The notes under the pieces: generated by a model
What the model saw: only the letters and a program-made list of their open reading frames with translations
Told to the model about the DNA's origin: nothing
Database searches by the model: none
Shown here: one piece after another, positions 61,783 to 64,000 of the stretch
Numbering within the stretch: position 1 is the first letter of the stretch
Layout of the letters: every line of letters starts with the position of its first letter
NCBI GenBank assembly: GCA_030608565.1
Contig: JAUWDY010000004.1
Span: 14,103-78,102 of the forward strand
Direction of reading: 5' to 3'
Length of the DNA stretch: 64,000 nt
From: Candidatus Bathyarchaeota archaeon
GTDB lineage: Archaea; Thermoproteota; Bathyarchaeia; Bathyarchaeales; Bathyarchaeaceae
Position numbers and translations under genes: made by a program

Positions 61783-63960
61783 TTAAGGATCTGTTTCTCC
61801 TAGGTGCATGGCAACTACTACGAGATCTCGCATGTCCACGACTCCATCTTCATTCAAATCTGCCGCTGGGTTATAGTCAGGTTCACCTTCGAAATTCCCA
61901 TAGGCCAGAGAAACGATGGTTAAGTCTAGAACGTTCACTGTGCCGTCACCGTTAACATCACCTATATGCACGCGCGCGAATACATTCTGATTCGTGATGT
62001 TTAATGGCGTATCATAGGACATCGCTTTGGAGTTTAAGGATCCGGAACTGTAATTGTGATAATGTTCAATTGAGAATGAAAGGAGTGTTCCATTGATGGA
62101 TGACGGCGGGGTGGTTATGTACCATCCGTTATAAGTCCAGTTGTTTGGACCACTTTCGACATCGTCAAAGAAGCCAATTTCTGGAATTTCTATGTCATCA
62201 ATATACCACCCGAGTTCAAGAACATACGGATCAGTCCAGTAAGTGAAGTACAATTCTATGGTGTGATTTGCAAATGGTGCCAGATCCATCTCTTCTTTAT
62301 ACAAATCACCACTAAAGCCTGTAAACGCATTCCATCTTCCCGCATCGTAATAGGCTGTCGGTTCAAATCCAGCAGGGCAGTTAGGATTGTTTTGACGTTC
62401 TGGAAGTGTTGAAATAGTCATAAGTCCAGGTAAAGTGAACCACTCATCAGTATCCAAGTCGTGTACTTCTACATACCCATAATCCCAGTCTTCTTCAATC
62501 TCGTAGTAGCTCCAGAACTTGCACGTTGCTCCTGTTTCAGGTATATCAAAGGTCTGATTAAGCCTGAACCATGAGTATGATTTTCCATCTGAATACCATT
62601 CATACATGCCGCTGTGTGCAGGTGGCACGCCCGCACGGGCTCGTATGAAGAACGTTTCACTGATAACTGAGGGTGTAGCGCCTTCGAACTCGGTTATGTC
62701 AAAAACTATGTTATTGGAACAGAACGGCTGGTCCCCACCGTCTATCAAATCGCTGAACGATTTTGCTGCAAGAGGGTTACTATGGTTGCCCACACCTATT
62801 AAAATGTCACATTCTCCACGCTTGGGATGCTCCGCTTTGAATGATGCCACCAATTTTGGATCGTAACCGATTCTGTCCCGATAAAACATGCAGTATTCGA
62901 CACGTTGTTTCATAGCTTCGTAAGATATCCAGTAACACCCATCAGCGATATTCTCCCATGTTCCCCCTTCTCCCCACGAATTCGCTATTTTAAAAGCTCC
63001 CTGACGTGACTCTCCTTCCTCAGTATATGTGACGTTGTCATCGTATCCAACTATAGTATTCGCGTGGTTTACTGCCGGATTCGCATAATTATCTAAAGTC
63101 CAGAAATCTTTGCTTGTTAAGCTAGAATATTGGTTCGCATCTACCGCTATTACCGCAAGATGATCAGAGGATATCCAATTCTTAAGACTTGTTATGTCAT
63201 CATTTGTGCCAAGCTCCAAATATTCATACCCGCTGCTGTTGCCACGATACAACGGCGCCTCTCTCCAAGCATCTTCAGAAGGCCAGCTCGCTGAATCACC
63301 GGGGTCATAAGGCATTTTCTCCCAAGAACTGACTCCAAGGTCACATACCAAGGTTATTGCGTCGTAGAAGGATGAGCCTCCATCTACTCCACCATTGATT
63401 AAGTGGTAAATAAAATCTGGGCTGAATATTCTGTCTTGGTAGGCTGGAGTGGGGTACCCAAAGTATCCGCCTTCCCATTTTGCCTCAGATAAATCCCATC
63501 CGTGCTCCTTGGCCTCTTGAAAAGTCTTCATGTAATATCCTACTGCCCATGTCGTGCATGAGCCTTCTCCATCTTGATTCCCTATTGGTGGAAACCATGG
63601 TTTGGTAGTATGATCTACACTGGGTGGCGATTGAATTGTTTGGTTAAGCAAAATTCTTTCAACCATGTACATATTTATCATAATTTTGCCCCACTCCTCT
63701 TCTGTTGGTGGACGCAACCCTGTTCCGTATCCATTGATTCTCTTATTGTAGTCTACATGTTGTTCGCAAACCCCAACTTCTTGTTTCAATTTCTCTAACT
63801 CAACAACGGTGATTTCATGTTCAATCACTCTCACAATTCCGCTCTCTTTTTCTGGTGGGTTAGAAGAGCTAGCTGCTTTAACCCGTAAATCACTGAACGT
63901 CGCCCCAAACATGATGATAAAAAGGAGCATAAACACAATCAAAGAAACACGCTTTCGCAA
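61783..63960 (-). CDS. secreted papain-like (C1 family) cysteine peptidase with C-terminal dockerin module
   Basis: Signal peptide. NQDGEGSCTTWAVGYY (catalytic Cys context), NHANTIVGYDD (His), IANSWGE (Asn-Ser-Trp). The C-terminus GDVNGDGTVNVLDLTIV....ADLNEDGVVDMRDLVVV is a duplicated Ca-binding dockerin repeat. Confidence 0.8.
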   Translation of the reverse strand: MRKRVSLIVFMLLFIIMFGATFSDLRVKAASSSNPPEKESGIVRVIEHEITVVELEKLKQEVGVCEQHVDYNKRINGYGTGLRPPTEEEWGKIMINMYMVERILLNQTIQSPPSVDHTTKPWFPPIGNQDGEGSCTTWAVGYYMKTFQEAKEHGWDLSEAKWEGGYFGYPTPAYQDRIFSPDFIYHLINGGVDGGSSFYDAITLVCDLGVSSWEKMPYDPGDSASWPSEDAWREAPLYRGNSSGYEYLELGTNDDITSLKNWISSDHLAVIAVDANQYSSLTSKDFWTLDNYANPAVNHANTIVGYDDNVTYTEEGESRQGAFKIANSWGEGGTWENIADGCYWISYEAMKQRVEYCMFYRDRIGYDPKLVASFKAEHPKRGECDILIGVGNHSNPLAAKSFSDLIDGGDQPFCSNNIVFDITEFEGATPSVISETFFIRARAGVPPAHSGMYEWYSDGKSYSWFRLNQTFDIPETGATCKFWSYYEIEEDWDYGYVEVHDLDTDEWFTLPGLMTISTLPERQNNPNCPAGFEPTAYYDAGRWNAFTGFSGDLYKEEMDLAPFANHTIELYFTYWTDPYVLELGWYIDDIEIPEIGFFDDVESGPNNWTYNGWYITTPPSSINGTLLSFSIEHYHNYSSGSLNSKAMSYDTPLNITNQNVFARVHIGDVNGDGTVNVLDLTIVSLAYGNFEGEPDYNPAADLNEDGVVDMRDLVVVAMHLGETDP

Positions 63961-64000
63961 TTCCTTGTCTCCCCGAAAACTACATCAAATAGACCTTTCC

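Noticed and set aside
1-64000. CRISPR arrays, rRNA genes, transposase or integrase genes
   Set aside because: I found no regularly spaced direct repeats of CRISPR size, no rRNA-like sequence and no ORF with DDE, tyrosine-recombinase or serine-recombinase motifs. The repeat families seen are short motifs or promoter-like elements.

Overview
Archaeal chromosomal segment, probably TACK/Thermoproteota-like. That placement is inferred from eS26, an archaeal-type ThrRS with an N-terminal editing domain, EndoQ, DPSL, the type III RuBisCO AMP-salvage trio and a tRNA-Leu with two introns. No searches were run; every call rests on motifs I recognise in the translations.

Gene content:
- Housekeeping backbone: trpB2 (partial), RPA-like SSB, XPD-like helicase, thrS, proS, eS26 and EndoQ.
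- AMP-salvage cluster at 33.3-37.1 kb.
- Fe-S/sulfur-relay operon at 37.2-39.6 kb.
- A long run of oxygen/ROS-defence genes on the minus strand at 42.4-51.7 kb: DPSL, desulfoferrodoxin, ferritins, flavodiiron protein, rubredoxin, OsmC and a peroxiredoxin remnant.
- Two ABC-2 exporters.
- A MoxR/DUF58/transglutaminase (Bat-like) operon at 53.7-61.3 kb.
- A secreted papain-like protease with a dockerin.
- I saw no rRNA, CRISPR array, transposase or integrase.

Most unusual signals:
1. Short (CATG)n tracts, core TTCATGCATGC, lie almost only between genes. They often abut stop codons. In places they flank gene modules as exact direct or inverted repeats, and one sits at the deletion junction of a pseudogene.
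2. A promoter-like G-tract/TATA core followed by a long C/A-rich leader occurs in three or four copies, twice in front of genes with atypical A/C-ending codon usage.
3. Gene remnants and in-frame stops are unusually dense.
4. A RelA/SpoT-domain gene sits in a small AT-rich island of zinc-ribbon and membrane proteins, with (CATG)n tracts in every gap.

All mechanistic interpretations are hypotheses.
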